Positions 44,773 through 44,941 of a stretch of DNA of 44,941 bases are shown one piece after another (positions within the stretch are counted from its first letter, which is position 1; every line of letters starts with the position of its first letter). The DNA comes from a virus. Its lineage: Duplodnaviria > Caudoviricetes. The translations under genes and the position numbers were made by a program. Under the pieces are notes generated by a model. That model had not been told where the DNA came from. It saw only the letters and a program-made list of their open reading frames with translations, and searched no databases. The stretch spans positions 1 to 44,941 of IMG/VR virus record IMGVR_UViG_3300032233_000422; one strand, 5' to 3'.

Positions 44773-44787
44773 CCTGATATTTAAGTC

Positions 44788-44816
44788 AAACAAAAAGGCT
44801 CCGAAGAGCCTTTTTG
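44788..44816 (-). terminator. Intrinsic terminator after major capsid gene (potentially bidirectional)
   Basis: CAAAAAGGCTC-TTCG-GAGCCTTTTTG perfect inverted repeat with a cUUCGg tetraloop on the minus strand. Confidence 0.92.
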
Positions 44817-44839
44817 GATTTGCGTAATACGCTTGCTGA

Positions 44840-44941
44840 TTAAGCGAAACGTAGGTTAGCGGAAGTTACTGCAACTTTAGCTAGGTAGTCAGCTGCATTA
44901 CCTAGAGAAGAAGCTGTATTTGTCAACTCAACATAACCATA
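44840..44941 (-). CDS. gp23: Major capsid protein, C-terminal fragment (T4 gp23-like)
   Basis: Manual translation YGYVELTNTASSLGNAADYLAKVAVTSANLRFA*; strongly biased codons and a strong terminator; only 33 residues are visible. Confidence 0.72.
   Translation of the reverse strand, partial: YGYVELTNTASSLGNAADYLAKVAVTSANLRFA

Noticed and set aside
1-44941. Stop-codon reassignment as in some large phages
   Set aside because: ORFs up to 8 kb are intact in the standard code, and TAA, TGA and TAG (16551) all end genes at sensible junctions
1-44941. CRISPR array, tRNA genes, IS elements or integrase
   Set aside because: No regularly spaced repeats or recombinase motifs seen; intergenic gaps are too short

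Overview
This 44.9-kb window is the virion-morphogenesis region of a large T4-like myovirus. It is densely coding in the standard code and mostly on the minus strand. Reading right to left: the major capsid C-terminus, about 20 fibre/baseplate/decoration-type genes (including two giant paralogues of 1822 and 2721 aa), an AT-richer cassette of tailoring enzymes (U32-like/SAM-methyltransferase fusion, 2OG-Fe(II) oxygenase, flavin-dependent halogenase), more fibre genes, an inverted gp14-gp15 neck block divergent from gp13, a dNMP kinase with its own sigma70-type promoter, an enlarged tail sheath and the tail tube. T4-late-like TAAATA boxes precede many genes. The most unusual signals are: (1) helical repeats in the giant virion proteins that align without gaps to the phycobiliprotein bilin-attachment segment (KCxRDIG-x7-Y-x4-GG); (2) amicyanin-type copper loops in two fibre proteins; (3) the enzyme cassette embedded among fibre genes; (4) late boxes placed 5 nt before ATG, implying leaderless mRNAs; (5) two structured 5' leaders. 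Together, 1-3 hint at a chemically decorated or cofactor-bearing virion, which is inference. All family assignments come from motif recognition by eye; no searches were run.
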